DNA of 64,000 bases from Enoplolaimus lenunculus (Eukaryota), in the NCBI GenBank assembly GCA_030248215.1, contig JASANG010001414.1, positions 682,001-746,000 on the forward strand, written 5' to 3'. The translations under genes and the position numbers were made by a program. The notes beneath the pieces were generated by a model that saw only the letters and a list, made by a program, of their open reading frames with translations, did not search any database and was not told the origin of the DNA. Shown here one piece after another: positions 24,901 to 35,468 of this stretch (the stretch's first letter is position 1; every line of letters starts with the position of its first letter).

Positions 24901-25929
24901 CACAACAATAACAATAATAATATTAATAATAATAATAATAAAATAAATAAAAATAAAAACCAAACAAACCCAAATGGTTGTAATGATGACAACCCAACGT
25001 ATTCTGGAGATAGTGCAGCGAGCACGTTAGATGCAAAATCAGCTCTGGCTGCAGGAGTTTCGCTAGCTACAAGCGGAAGCAGTAGTGATAATAGCAACGA
25101 TCAGCTACAGCCACATCCGGTCCGGCGGAACGCTCATCCCAGACTTCAAAATCTAGACAGCTCAGCATCCAATAACTGCCCAGACTACAGCCAACGAACA
25201 GCCGCTCGCCTGGATCCTAAACGAATTCTCGATCACAACAGCGGCGGCACGCATCACGAAAACAATCCTAGCTATTTTGGTGCCGGACCGTCTTCAGCTT
25301 GCTACTCGTCAAACGTGCCGCTTCCCTCTAGACTTTCCGCCGCTAGCCAGCCAATTAACACAAATGCTGGCATTGTGCCAGCGAGCAGTGTACTTTCAAC
25401 GACAACAAGCGATTATTCTACAGCATCTAAACGTCACGTTCACTTCAAGCCGCCGTTAGATCGAATTCAAGAATGCTCAAACGAACATTCGTTGAGTTCA
25501 ACATTACTCAAGCCGCCAGGACTTGGTCCTAGCGGGACTTCAGGACTAGCGACAGTTTCGAACTCAGCTGGAGCCGGAAATCACCGAGGCTTACCGTCTG
25601 TGGTAACGAAAAAGGCTTCAAAATCGGATCAGAGAACCGGCAGTAGTTTTGACGCTACAACCGCTAGCGGAACAATAGTTGGTGCTGACATCGATGAGTT
25701 AATGCAAAGCGGCAGTGATTCTCAAGCTACAACGGAAAACAGCACATTAGACGGAGGAACGAACCTAATCAAAACAACTTCACCAACCCCTCGAAGTTAC
25801 GATGGCAAGGGGGGTACCAGAGCAACAAACGGACGATACAAAAGCACAGGAGTGATCGGTGGAGGACTTTGGGATATGGCACATGATATTCAACGACGAG
25901 TTCATGGATTCAGGGCGTCTAAGCGATAG
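539..25929 (+). CDS. PAN/Apple + zona pellucida (ZP) domain transmembrane apical ECM protein (NOAH/LET-653/NompA-like); 20 coding exons, 5'-truncated by the window
   Basis: join(539..612,1603..1810,2547..2674,3397..3550,4516..4691,5548..5653,6169..6289,7281..7432,8111..8252,9135..9265,9746..10018,13695..13888,14730..14851,15422..17577,18161..18254,18859..19015,20065..20371,22918..23070,23509..23733,23954..25929). All junctions AG/GT with matching phases; 7049 nt = 2 + 2349 codons ending in TAG. Repeated PAN signature CxxxC...CRS/CKSxxY...CxL...DYFENxC; ZP-N (LETTCHYSG...FNVSCFY); ZP-C (FFVRECVA...LIVDGCP...FRFDGS..V.ITCEVDMC..TCNP); RKRRRKR; one TM helix. Confidence 0.88.
765..926. repeat. 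54-bp tandem repeat x3 (intronic)
   Basis: unit ..cgccattttaatcgcttatgcatcttactcttcaagatgattggctac.. recurs with 54-bp period (785, 839, 893). Confidence 0.85.
1159..1354 (+). mobile_element. MITE family A (TTAGGC-carrying)
   Basis: TIR GGCCAATGTTACTTTAAGGGGCG..CGCCCCTTAAAGTAACATGGGCC (first base diverged), internal (GCCTAA)n, flanks ttaaaaag/gtaaaaag. Confidence 0.85.
1603..1810 (+). CDS. PAN-ZP gene exon (first PAN, C-part)
   Basis: tttcag| ... |gtatgt; SLSECLASCL..CRSTMYYYETGECILN..DYFENHC. Confidence 0.9.
2547..2674 (+). CDS. PAN-ZP gene exon (PAN 2, N-part)
   Basis: ttttag| QCYPPEIAQYLVTVGVELAGERDVTIGDVDLQMCQHFCDVDQ |gtaaaa. Confidence 0.85.
3397..3550 (+). CDS. PAN-ZP gene exon (PAN 2, C-part)
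   Basis: ttttag| NGSGQLFSCKSFSYDSIRRQCYLSNDRAEPYG..VSYYEKTCFS |gtaaac; not in the ORF track. Confidence 0.88.
3701..3915 (+). mobile_element. MITE family A
   Basis: same TIRs; perfect 8-bp TSD tagtttgt. Confidence 0.9.
4516..4691 (+). CDS. PAN-ZP gene exon (PAN 3, N-part)
   Basis: tttcag| PQTCSSQPAFERIPQRVLVGHSLE..CLNQC..CRSVMYYYET |gtacgt. Confidence 0.9.
5548..5653 (+). CDS. PAN-ZP gene exon (PAN 3, C-part)
   Basis: ttttag| GECILNEATRQQQQHLFSPDTQGYRVDYFDNNCFQ |gtaggg. Confidence 0.88.
6169..6289 (+). CDS. PAN-ZP gene exon (PAN 4, N-part)
   Basis: ttttag| SNGCSSPNEDRVYIKVHNTELSDFDTVSIPDLSVLDCLK |gtaaat. Confidence 0.82.
7281..7432 (+). CDS. PAN-ZP gene exon (PAN 4, C-part)
   Basis: tttcag| CTAETSFVCRSVEYSGTGVCSMS..DYFEAVCVS |gtcagc. 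Confidence 0.85.
8111..8252 (+). CDS. PAN-ZP gene exon (PAN 5, N-part)
   Basis: tttcag| APTCIGRQYAFQLRPDKEYIGFIGVTISGVSVARCLSMCLKAS |gtaaac. Confidence 0.85.
8343..8540 (+). mobile_element. MITE family B, nested in a family F element
   Basis: TSD cccgttgg/ccagttgg; host repeat resumes to 8730. Confidence 0.82.
9135..9265 (+). CDS. PAN-ZP gene exon (PAN 5, C-part)
   Basis: ttatag| CLSVNYDQPTSTCQLNTES..SDYYENECTE |gtgagt. Confidence 0.88.
9746..10018 (+). CDS. PAN-ZP gene exon (PAN 6, complete)
   Basis: gacag| KSRCNY..ECKAKC..FVCRSLSY..VCELSD..EYYEKRAC; donor C|gtacgt restores frame with the next exon. Confidence 0.85.
10593..13133 (+). mobile_element. Possible non-autonomous Helitron enclosing the 144-bp array
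   Basis: a|TCCATCACATATTAATAG at the 5' end; GC hairpin gtaccttcgccgcgggcac about 10 nt before GTAG|t (degenerate CTAG) at the 3' end. Confidence 0.4.
10645..12860. repeat. 144-bp tandem satellite, about 15.5 copies, in the intron between PAN6 and ZP-N
   Basis: gctcctgtaaacggagattgac.. recurs 16 times, with exact 144-bp period through most of the array (e.g. 11217, 11361, 11505). Confidence 0.95.
13695..13888 (+). CDS. PAN-ZP gene exon (ZP-N, first part)
   Basis: tttcag| (L)ETTCHYSGARITVKFDDAKTGAVYTRNHFDGC..LEVPFP..ERCGGVRR |gtacgt; not in the ORF track. Confidence 0.85.
14730..14851 (+). CDS. PAN-ZP gene exon (ZP-N, end)
   Basis: tttcag| SSRHFSYVVVVQTNSVGFPGLTTDQDQLFNVSCFYEQPIQ |gtaagt. 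Confidence 0.88.
15422..17577 (+). CDS. PAN-ZP gene giant exon: Asn/Arg/Gly-rich disordered ZP-N/ZP-C linker plus start of ZP-C
   Basis: gtttag|C TTG AAT..; 2156-nt open frame (ORF 15414..17597); ends ILELLRDGRPVTAVLLGEKITIRWKLREP |gtaagt. Confidence 0.85.
15647..15920 (+). repeat. Coding (AAC)n microsatellite (poly-Asn punctuated by Arg/Ser)
   Basis: about 90 codons, mostly AAC, within the 2.1-kb exon. Confidence 0.95.
18161..18254 (+). CDS. PAN-ZP gene exon (ZP-C)
   Basis: tttcag| PNIGFFVRECVAERLGGLPPPPPPLALIVDG |gtatga. Confidence 0.85.
18859..19015 (+). CDS. PAN-ZP gene exon (ZP-C)
   Basis: ttacag| CPESGG..IFRFDGSKSVKITCEVDMCLQTCNP |gtgagt. Confidence 0.9.
19545..19739. mobile_element. 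Fold-back MITE with CACTGC..GCAGTG ends
   Basis: arms cactgcaaaaaacggtgagtgaaattgactctccgaaat / atttcggagagagtcaatttgactcaccatttcttgcagtg are reverse complements over about 70 bp. Confidence 0.75.
20065..20371 (+). CDS. PAN-ZP gene exon with consensus furin cleavage site
   Basis: ttttag| TSCRIDGELHTSFGRKRRRKREII..ARKMPK |gtactg. Confidence 0.82.
20749..20823 (+). pseudogene. Degenerate tRNA-like sequence (tRNA pseudogene or SINE head)
   Basis: GACCAC..GTGGTC acceptor-like stem, A-box-like TGGTGTAACGG, B-box-like GGTTTGATT, stem TGGTC/GACCG with a 7-nt loop lacking U33. Confidence 0.4.
21480..22287 (+). mobile_element. DINE-1/Helentron-like non-autonomous element (HINE)
   Basis: subterminal IR ttattgagcgaag / cttcgctcaataa; 5' hairpin gcgaaactccgag..ctcggagtttcgc; (GTCC/GTCT)n followed by ctcaagaacggctgaaccgattttgat; internal tandem repeats; 3' stem-loop gtagtcccactac. 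Confidence 0.75.
22624..22815 (-). mobile_element. MITE family A
   Basis: same TIRs; perfect 8-bp TSD aataaact. Confidence 0.9.
22918..23070 (+). CDS. PAN-ZP gene exon (post-furin region)
   Basis: tttcag| GTIMHRGMASGVFVIVDRLPQQ..NAKP |gtacgc; phase 1-1 fits both neighbours. Confidence 0.72.
23155..23417. mobile_element. piggyBac-like MITE (TTAA flanks) containing a tRNA-like segment
   Basis: ttaa|CCCTTTCTCACAT..ATGTGAGAAGGAG|ttaa. Confidence 0.6.
23509..23733 (+). CDS. PAN-ZP gene exon encoding the transmembrane helix
   Basis: tttcag| ..KVCIAHPLFVGVFTFLALLCLAEAGVVVAYFWNKFGPHVRKRNRR.. |gtaagc; hydrophobic run followed by a basic stop-transfer cluster. Confidence 0.85.
23954..25929 (+). CDS. 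PAN-ZP gene terminal exon: long Ser/Thr/Gly/Asn-rich cytoplasmic tail
   Basis: tttccag|AA ACC ATG GGT.. in phase with the TM exon; 656-aa ORF ending HGFRASKR-TAG. Confidence 0.75.
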
Positions 25930-28900
25930 TCTAACCAGTGATTTGATCGTCTTTTTTGGACTGATAGATGCCTTTTTAAGCATATTTAAGTGAGAAGGTT
26001 TGTTCATATTGTGGTTGAAAAGAATACTGAATAATTACTGAACTACTGACCGATGTTAGCCCCTTCTTAGATAGAGTTGACCCTGAACAACTCAGCGCAA
26101 TGTGTATATAATGAAATGAAGCACAATATGTATATCTATTACTACGCGTATACACAGTACAAAAAAGGCCACCGAATTGAGAGTCCCGTCCTGCTCGAAT
26201 GTCAACGTCCTATAATTTATTGATGATGGTAAATGCCTTTCACTCCAATCACCGGGGTTTTGAATCCTAGCATAAAAGAAGGTCTCGACAGTTGATATAA
26301 AAAGAATCATCATGCGCCAAAGGGGTAATTATAAAGGCCTGCCCAGTGTCAGACAGAAGTCATGTGACTAAGAGACTGGCAGGCTTAGGTATAGGCTTAT
26401 GTTTAGGCTTAAGGTTTAGCCCTATGTTTAGTGGTACTTTTTCTCACTTGCGTTATTTTCACGATATTTACCAAATATATGGTTGACTGATTTGGTTCTG
26501 TCACATTAAAGATGCTTACTGCATTAATATTCTTGTTTTCGTATTTTGAACTTTTACCAAGGTTAAATATTTTAAGCCAGGTCAGTAGCCAGTTCACCTT
26601 GCAAGGTGAGGTTGAAGAATTTGCCCGCAGGGGCATACAAGGGTTTTGATGACTTGCAAGCAACGGTTGAATATATTCTAGCGGGGCAACATTGTTTCAT
26701 GCGAGCTGAGCCCTCTTTGGGCCCTTCTGGCTACGGGCCGGTTTGAAGATATGAAAAACTGGTATAAATATTTCAAACCAATTAATGCATTTCATAAGCA
26801 ACTAATATCAGTGACAATTTTAGTTTATTTACAGATAATTTAATTGTTAAGTTGTAACGTTGTATTCACAATAAAGCCACGTTTGTTTCGTACGCAAAAA
26901 AATGAACATGACAAATATCGAAATCAATTACATAAAGAGTGCCTGATACAAGAGTAGCGGATCATTTTTGTTGGCGGATACATAAAGTGTCATGCTTCGC
27001 ACAGGTTGTTCCCCCTGTAAATAAAGTGGGAAAAGGGCAGAAACGCAACGCGTGCCGGGTACATTCTTTTCGACACAGAATGAACCCAGTTGCATAGTTT
27101 TGTTTAAAGTATGCATCATGCACTCTTGATTACTTGATTTGAAACGATTATATTTTGAGAGATAAACGGTTTAATTCTGAACTTGGCTTAAATTTTTAAG
27201 CTAAACATTTTAAGGCGAAAATTAGACACAAAACTTATGGGTTCAAAAACAAAAAATTGAGTTATTTTCAGAAGATCTTTATTTGCATTACAACAATAGC
27301 ATGCACAAGTTATAAAGTGGATGGCAAAGTTTGTAACGATCACACATAACAATATTTCGGCACACAAGCTATGTAACTAAAAATTGTGATATATGCGTGA
27401 TTTATAACTAATTTTGAACGCTAAAATAACAGTATTTTTGTTATCTTTATACACGAAAACGGACGCCGATTTTTACCAGAAACGGAAACGGATGTCGTAT
27501 TCTGCACACAGCATTTTCGATTGGAACCATGCATTAACACTTTTGCACATGGATATTTTTAATTTCATATAAGACCTAGTTTCGTATAATTTAGCGTATA
27601 TGTCGTAGGCCGATCTGCTATTGAGGCCAATTACTAATTGGCCAAGGCCAATCTGCTATTTTATGTAATAACAACGTGGCCTGTACTACCTGCTAATTGG
27701 CCTACGACATATATATATACAGTAAGCGCTAAATTGCTCATATAGTAGTCCAGTTTTGTGTTAGAAGGATTTAATTATGACGTATCATGAGCGTTCCAGG
27801 TTGATTGATATTTAGATTGGTCCAAATGCATCAAGATACTATTCGACTACAGTTTTAGTTGTTTTCTTATATTTTTAAACTTTGAACACGTTTTACCGAC
27901 TGCTATCAAGAACCAATATTATATAACAGATGCAACTTTTAAATTGGTAAATCACTGTGAAAATCAGAAACTACTTACCACAACGATTTCAACACTCACA
28001 TGGGCTTCGTTGGCTTTGAGCGTCATTTATCAATATAATTTATGGCACTACTGTGTGTTTTTGGTTATCTACAGATCGCTTACTTCCCGATAAGTGTTCA
28101 CTAACCCTGTGATGGGGCTGTTGAGCACGAAAAATCAATACTATTCTTGTTTACTTGACCGTATAAATTACTGAGCGGTGGGAATTCGATACATATTTTA
28201 ATTTCAAAATCAATTAATATATATGTCGTAGGCCAATCTGCTTTTCACAGGCCAATTACCTATTAGCCTAGGCCAATGTGCTATGTTGAGTAAATAGCAA
28301 ATCTAGGCCAAATAGCGATTCTAAGTTGTAGCAAAACAACAGTGATGTAAAACTAACGCTGATTGTTTAACGATGTTGCGTCTGTCTAAATAATCAAATC
28401 TGATAGTTGTTTAGCTTAGGCGAAACATGCAATTACGCCGCAAAATAGCACATTGGCCCTAAAACCTGTAAAAAGTGACCGTTACTCGTTTCTTTAGCAA
28501 TTTTGGGACGGATTTCTCCACCCCAATCTACCTTGTGCACGTCCTTGATATATGTATCTGTAAGCAGTATTACGTAGCGTCAATAATTTTACAATTACAA
28601 GAGTGATAAATTAATCTATTTAATATCGAAAAAATTACCAGTAAACTACAACGATTAAAACTACTGCTAGAACTTGGATCATTGAAGGAACGTCGCACTT
28701 CATTTTATATACAGAATTTACTGCTTCAGCGAACAAGAATTTTCAATTTTATTTTGCAGTCAACCTGTTGAACGCGGCCGCTCTACCGCGTTTCAGTTGC
28801 TGATACTGTAACATGGCGTACGCAAGTTATTGTGGATGATGTAGTCGTCAGTACTAGAAAAAAATGGCAAAATCAGTAAAAAATAGGACTAGAAATAAAA

Positions 28901-30059
28901 TCCTTTTAACGTAGAAGACAGAAAAGTATTGCCTGAAACCACATCACGGTTTTATGGTTAATACGAAATTTGCAATGCTATTGTTGTTGTTTCCTGCAGC
29001 CATTAAATACCCCTTATAGGCTTGACATAAGTTAGAGCTCAAAATGACCATCCGGAAGTTAAACTTTGCTTGGTCGTATATGAGAAACAAACATTTAATG
29101 TATATAAATAACGGTTTTTTTTTAACAAATTGGTGCATTTCTTTAATTAATAACACTTAATTTTAAGTTATTTTTTTCAAAAGTTTTTGAAAAATTAACT
29201 TAGCGATTACGTATTTGCAAATTATAGAACGTTAACCAAATCAGAATCTACTAAAAAACCTGTAAATTTCAAAAAATCAAAATTGAGTTGTTCGAAGAAT
29301 TAACATTTCACCAGCTGATCGATAGGTGGCTACACACATTTGAGAATACCGACCATGCACTAGCTATGGTATTTTATATTGATCGAAAAAACAACATTTA
29401 AATCTTATACAGCAGTGTTATAGTTTGTTTTGCGCCCATCACAGTTGCGGAACACCTTTTTGACATTGGCAAATCTGTGCTCGGCACAAAATCGAAAAAT
29501 ATACATATATGGTCTCGTGGGGCTGAGCGCAATTGCGTGGTACACACCATCTGACCGCAAGAGCTGGTGTGTGTGATACCATTTGTTTTCACGAAAATAT
29601 TGAATGCCTTACTAAATCTATAGCAGTTGCTACGCGATTTGGAATATTCCAACTATTCTTGAATTCGGGATTTTAAGCTGAGAGCAAATTTTTTTGCCAC
29701 TTTTGAGTTTGAACCTTGCAGTTTGACGGTTTACTCGCTTTGCTAATTGACTTAGTGAGTAAATGTATTTTAACTGTTGAACAATATTTTGATAAATTAT
29801 TGCTTGGTTATCCACCAAAGAGTACATTAAAATTTTGGCCAAAATTTTAATAAAAATATTTTGAAACGTTTTACTGATATTTAACTTCGATCCTCAAGTC
29901 ATTTAAGCTAGGAAATATATATGCATGCAGCTTAATTTTTGTCGTTTCTTAAAAATATTCAACTGCGGTAAACTTTTTATTTAAAATGTTGTTATAATCT
30001 TAAATCTAAGCGATTCCTACTGCTTAAACTGAACACAGTTTAAAGTACTTCCGATATAT

Positions 30060-30554
30060 GGCCGATGTAATGATCAGGAGCGGAAAGTTTTTCGTGCAGG
30101 ATTGCCATAGAGTAAGCTTAAGCTTTAAATGCATTTTTTGCTCTGGCTTAATACACTAGCTTAAGCTTTAAATGCATTTTTTGCTCTGGCTTAATACACT
30201 GTAAATTTCAGTGAGTTGATTTTAACTCAGAATGAGTTGAATCACTCAGTCTGAGTTAGGACTTTCAGAACTCAGAAATTTGAGTTGATTCAATTCATTC
30301 TGAGTCAGTGAATCAACACCCTCAGAGTCAGCTCAACTCAGAGTGTGAATGAACTAAACTCAGAGTGAGTTATTGTTTACTGATATTAATTCAGAAATAA
30401 CCAACTCGCTAGCTGAATTGATTAATCAACTCATTGGAATGTGCAGTGTATGCTTAGGTATAAACTTATTGTTACGCTTAGGATTGCGCTATAGCGTACT
30501 TAGGAATATGCTTATACTACTGTTACGGCCGTGTTCAATATATATACATTGGCC
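30060..30554 (-). mobile_element. MITE family B interrupted by a CACTG element
   Basis: family B halves at 30060-30196 and 30449-30554. Confidence 0.8.
30197..30448 (+). mobile_element. MITE family C, CACTG..CAGTG termini with TA flanks (EnSpm/CACTA-like); other copies 38213-38464 and 6980-7225 (-)
   Basis: ta|CACTGTAAATTTCAGTGAGTTGATT..AATCAACTCATTGGAATGTGCAGTG|ta; internal aactcag/ctgagtt repeats. Confidence 0.8.
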
Positions 30555-31841
30555 AGATACACGGAAACAACTGCAAACTGCAAAAATGATGGACCGTCGT
30601 TGAAATTTGCAATCACGAACATTAATACGATTTTTGCGGCCTTTTTAAAAACCTCAAAAGTTTCGAAACACCAAAAATTATAATTCACAAAAAGTGCAAA
30701 TGTTGGAAACTGCGATGTGACCGAGGTCATCATTCCAGAACACAGCCGACGATAAACACATAATAACGAAACACAACCGGTAGGATTGTTTGGTATTCTA
30801 GCAATTTTTGCGTCTGACCACTACTTTTTAGAGTTCGCTGGTTTTTCCGGAAAAAAAGCTGCGTGTTGAACCCAACATATTATCGAAGAAGTTTTCATAT
30901 GAGAAAAAAATTAGTTGACATTCAGTTTTCGACATACGCAAGTTTGAAAACAAACACAGAACACTTATGGTTTTTCTAAAATTGCGAAATGAAACACTTT
31001 TTTCAAAAATTGCAAACCGGAGTAAAATTTGAAGAAAAATATGCTAATTATCAGAAAAAACTTAGGATATAGACTTGCTGACAGTTTTCAGCATATAAAA
31101 AATTCAATAACCTAGCTGGTACGCCGGAATCCGTGGCCGTTATGTGACCGCAGTGTAGTTCTAAAGGTTAAATTCCTTTTTGCTGGTTTTGTAGAGGGAG
31201 GGTTGTTAGATACGGTGTTAGGTTGTAAGCAACCAATCACATGCAGTTTGTATTTCAGCAGTTGTTTAGTCCGTACAATTTTCCAATCAAAATCAGTTTG
31301 TATTCCAGTAGTTGTTTGAGCTGCCCCGAACAGCCATTGCCGTTGGCAAGTCCCAGTTGCCAACTTGTCAGATAGCTGTTTGGGGCACGAAATAGATACT
31401 AATTCAATAGTTATACAACGGATACAGTCATAACAGTATAGCAGGTAGGTATAATTAGGAACTAAATCATGTGAACATCATGAAATATATTTTATCGCTA
31501 CCTGCTACACTGTTATATATGTGTATGTTACAAGCTGAAATCGAACCTACCGTTTTTTATTTCCGGCCACACTGGAGCGCAAAGAAAAATTGTTGCAAAT
31601 TGTCTTGTATCACAATCAAATATAGCATACTCACCTCACAGAATATAACACATCGTTTTGCGTTATAATAGCTGTATTTAAAAGTATTTGAACCGTATTC
31701 GGGTTCAAGTATAAAATACCATCCATAGAGCATAATTCAGCAGTGAAAGTGATATGTTTTGTGTTTGGTGAAATTTCTAGTGATAATATGACAGTTTTCG
31801 TGTGTTTTTTGACGTTTTTTATATTCTATTCTGTGTATAGT

Positions 31842-32021
31842 CAGTGGCGGATCCAGGATCTCAAAATGGGGGGGGGGCAAAATTTCACATATAATAAACT
31901 TACTTTTAACCCACACACAAACCACGAACTATTGTCACAAAATTGCTAAGTATATAATTTTTGTCGAGATGCTGTTAGGGGGGGGGTACGGCCGGGGTGG
32001 CCCCCCATGGATCCGCCATTG
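31842..32021 (+). mobile_element. hAT-like MITE; related copies near 5850, 6503-6660, 50078-50374 and 50514-50698
   Basis: CAGTGGCGGATCCA..TGGATCCGCCATTG with perfect 8-bp TSD tgtatagt. Confidence 0.82.
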
Positions 32022-33282
32022 TGTATAGTTAACATCTAATGGCATATTATTATCGAAAACGTTTCTGCAATATTCTTTTCTTAATTGAGCCTGAGGTCTA
32101 CGCGTCTGGAGGAGTGTACCAGTGCCAACGTGTCCCAGTCCCGATCGATAGTTCGGATTGCGATTCAGAACTTGAAAATAGATTTCGCGCTAAAATTTCA
32201 GCGCGCCAAATCAGTTATTTGACAATATCTCGTTAAACCAGATGTGGCATTGCGAAAAAATTTACCACCGGTCCACCCAGCTCCCTATGTGACATCGAAT
32301 TTTAAAAAATTTGTGTAACTTTTAAATGAAAACTTTTTTGGTTGCAAACGGGGGCCTTAGCATCTTAAAAACTTGAATTTTTCAAAAATTCAAATTTGGG
32401 CTTCGAATAATCAGGGAATAAAAAACGTTAAAACTGTACGTTATTGGATTGCAATTAGGAGTAGGTACTAAAAGTACGTTCAAATTTCAACTTTTTGCCT
32501 TACGTTCACAGGTAAGGAAACCACGATGATTTGTAAGGCAAAGTTCGGCTACATCTGTATGACATCTTTGGCATTCACTCTTTACTACTTTGCATCTTGT
32601 TTAAAATAACTTAATGGGTAATCGTATGTAAATGCGTGTGGTAAGCCATCTCCAGTGGCCAATGGTTCTTTTATAATAAAATTCTAAATTTAGAATGTTT
32701 TCAGATACCAAGCTAACTTTACAGCTAAAAGGTGTTTAGAGTATAAAAAGCATACTTTGTAACAGTCAATCGTTTAAAAACCTATCAGAAGTGATCATTG
32801 GCGTTAAAACTTTTCAAGCACGGACCAATAATTAGTTTCGTTTTTGCTGTTTACGCAAGTAAAATTTGCTATAAGATTAATACAATTTTCAAAACTATGG
32901 TTCCGGGTTTTGCGAGTTTTTTACCGGTTTGGAAAAAACGGAAAAAAAGTTTTTTTTTCGGTTCTTCTACATAAGCCCAACCCTGGGTTTACTGTAGATA
33001 TATTTACCAAATCAAAATTTGCCAGCATATTAGCATATTTTTGTATTTTCAGCATAGATGTTGAAATCGTACAATTTTGCATGTAAACAGATAAGCTAAG
33101 CCGTTCACGGTTTAGCGTAGGTTAAGACTTTTAAGGCTCTGATGCAAGAACTATGCACAATACTGGCACAGTTGTCATAAATCAACCCATCATTTACAGG
33201 TCTATTCGAAATCTAAACATCACTAAACGACGTTTGCCCCGAAAAAGTTTTAGTGTATGGGCTTTGCCCCTAAACGAACATT

Positions 33283-33862
33283 GAAACATTCGTTAAAGTT
33301 TTATATGCGGACCGTTTTCTATGTAGTTCCCATACACCATACGGGGCCGCCGGTATTTTCAAACGCGCGTTGCAATGTGGCCCCTATAACTGGACATCTA
33401 TGCCGTATGGTTGAAGTTTGCCGCATCTCGAGAAACATTCGTTGAAGTTTTATATGCGGACCGTTTTCTATGTAGTTCCCATACACCATACGGGGCCGCC
33501 GGTATTTTCAAACGCGCGTTGCAATGTGGCCCCTAGAACTGGACATCTATGCCGTATGGTGAAGTTTGCCGCAACTCGAAAAAAACGTTGAAGTTTTATA
33601 TGCGGACCGTTTTCTATGTAGTTCCCATACACCATACGGGGCCGCCGGTATTTTCAAACGCGCGTTCAATTCACTGAACTATGCCGTATGGTTGAAGTTT
33701 GCCGCATCTCGAGAAACATTCGTTGAAGTTTTATATGCGGACCGTTTTCTATGTAGTTCCCATACACCATACGGGGCCGCCGGTATTTTCAAACGCGCGT
33801 TGCAATGTGGCCCCTATAACTGGACATCTATGCCGTATGGTTGAAGTTTGCCGCATCTCGAG
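33283..33862. repeat. 149-bp tandem repeat, about 4 copies
   Basis: gaaacattcgttgaagttttatatgcggaccg.. at 33283, 33432 and onward; the third unit carries a deletion. Confidence 0.92.
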
Positions 33863-35051
33863 TTGGTACACAACAAAGCAACTTTCCCTACTGTTGCTAT
33901 GATCTGTGTATTATACGGATTTCGCTCTTTAAATCTTAGGGTTTTTGCTGCAGTTATGACAGGGTTTTTTTTGTTATATTCGTCATATTTGAACGAAAAG
34001 TGTTTTTTTGCGAAGAAATTAATCAGTTTAGAAATTGCGTTAAGTTTAAAGTATCGAATCGAAACTTTAGTGCAGGTCATATATTTTCAATATTTTCGCA
34101 ACTTGATTGTAAGTTTTTTCTTAATTTTCTGTAAGCAAAACAATTTTAGTATTAAAAATGTACTAATTGTTTCAGTAAGATTAAGGACGGATCGGAGGGT
34201 GGCGAGACCGGTCCATTATCAATCACCCAACGGACGCAAAAGGCATTAAAACTTTGATCCCTGCCATCACAAGAAAATCGGCCCAATGTAAAAATCAACG
34301 TAGACCATTTTTGTAGAACTGTTATGGAGCATTAATACTAAAGCTTTAGGCTATTTTTTGTTTAAGCTTAGACTACTGAGCCTTAGGCTTAGGAGTATGC
34401 TTAACCGACTGTTACGGCTTCGATCTATAATACATTGGTCAAAAAATCCTAGATCCGTTGTTAGAAAGCTGCACTTGAATTAGTACTTGACAAACATATT
34501 TATTGGAAGAAACTAACTACCAACGAAGCGTTTAAAGATTTAGACTTAGAAATTTTGGTCTCGTCAAATTAAAGTTGATAAATTTGGCAAATTGGCCAGT
34601 ATTGTACATAACCAATATTTGAAAATCTTAAAGACACGCGCACTGTACGAGTCATTGACCATACAACATCTGAGTTTATTGTTTCACGGTGCCATTTAAG
34701 TTTATGAGAAATGCCTAATCTAGAAGATCCTATAACCTTTGTAACCCGTGTTAATTACGGAAATTCCCACTGCTTACTCGCAGATAAGTGGACTGAGAGA
34801 ATTAGAAACTAGGAAGTTTAGTCTTACGCTTAGGTTTAGGCTTAGGTTGAGACTTAGGTTTTGTTTTAGGGTTGCGTTTATGCTTAGGCTTATTGGATGC
34901 GCGCCTGTAAATACTGAACCGTATAGAAAGCAAAACGTTGCATATAGCGGCATCATTATCTTTTGTACCGTTTCAATTTTCGCTTACGCAGTCCATTAAT
35001 ATTAGAATTCAAATTAAACCTTTTTACCTTACCGCTGCCTACATTCAAACG

Positions 35052-35468
35052 TACCGTAGTGACTCGAAAGAGGGGGAGGTAATATGACGGGGTCTTCGTT
35101 TTGAGTCCAAATCAATAGCAGTGCGTATCTCTAATAAAAGTTCGTAAGCGTGTAGAGTTCCTAAACCTTAATTAAAGTCCATAAATGTTAATTTTGCCTG
35201 ATTGCAGTGCATAAATGATTGCAGGACCATATAAATTTGAGTTCGAAATTTTAAAGCATACTTAAGTTTTGAAAGTTCATTCCTAAGTATACCTTTGCTT
35301 TATCGCTCAAGCTTTTGATACAAGACAAATAAACGTTGGCTTCAACGGATAATTGCAGTATCGGATATATATCAGTAATAAAAGGTGGTGGAGTGTGGGT
35401 TACAAATAAATACCTCTGGAGAGACTAAAGAAATATAAGTACCCCCTCTTATTCGACTCGCTACAGTA
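35052..35468 (+). mobile_element. TA-flanked C(T/C)GTAG..CTACAG element (Tc1/mariner/pogo-like MITE); relatives at 42741-42931 and about 47690-48109
   Basis: ta|ccgtagtgactcgaaagagggg..cccctcttattcgactcgctacag|ta; about 350 bp of internal sequence shared with 47700-48100. Confidence 0.65.

Noticed and set aside
33257..33902. Repeated ORFs in the 149-bp array
   Set aside because: The unit length is not a multiple of 3 and the ORFs are by-products of the tandem repeat
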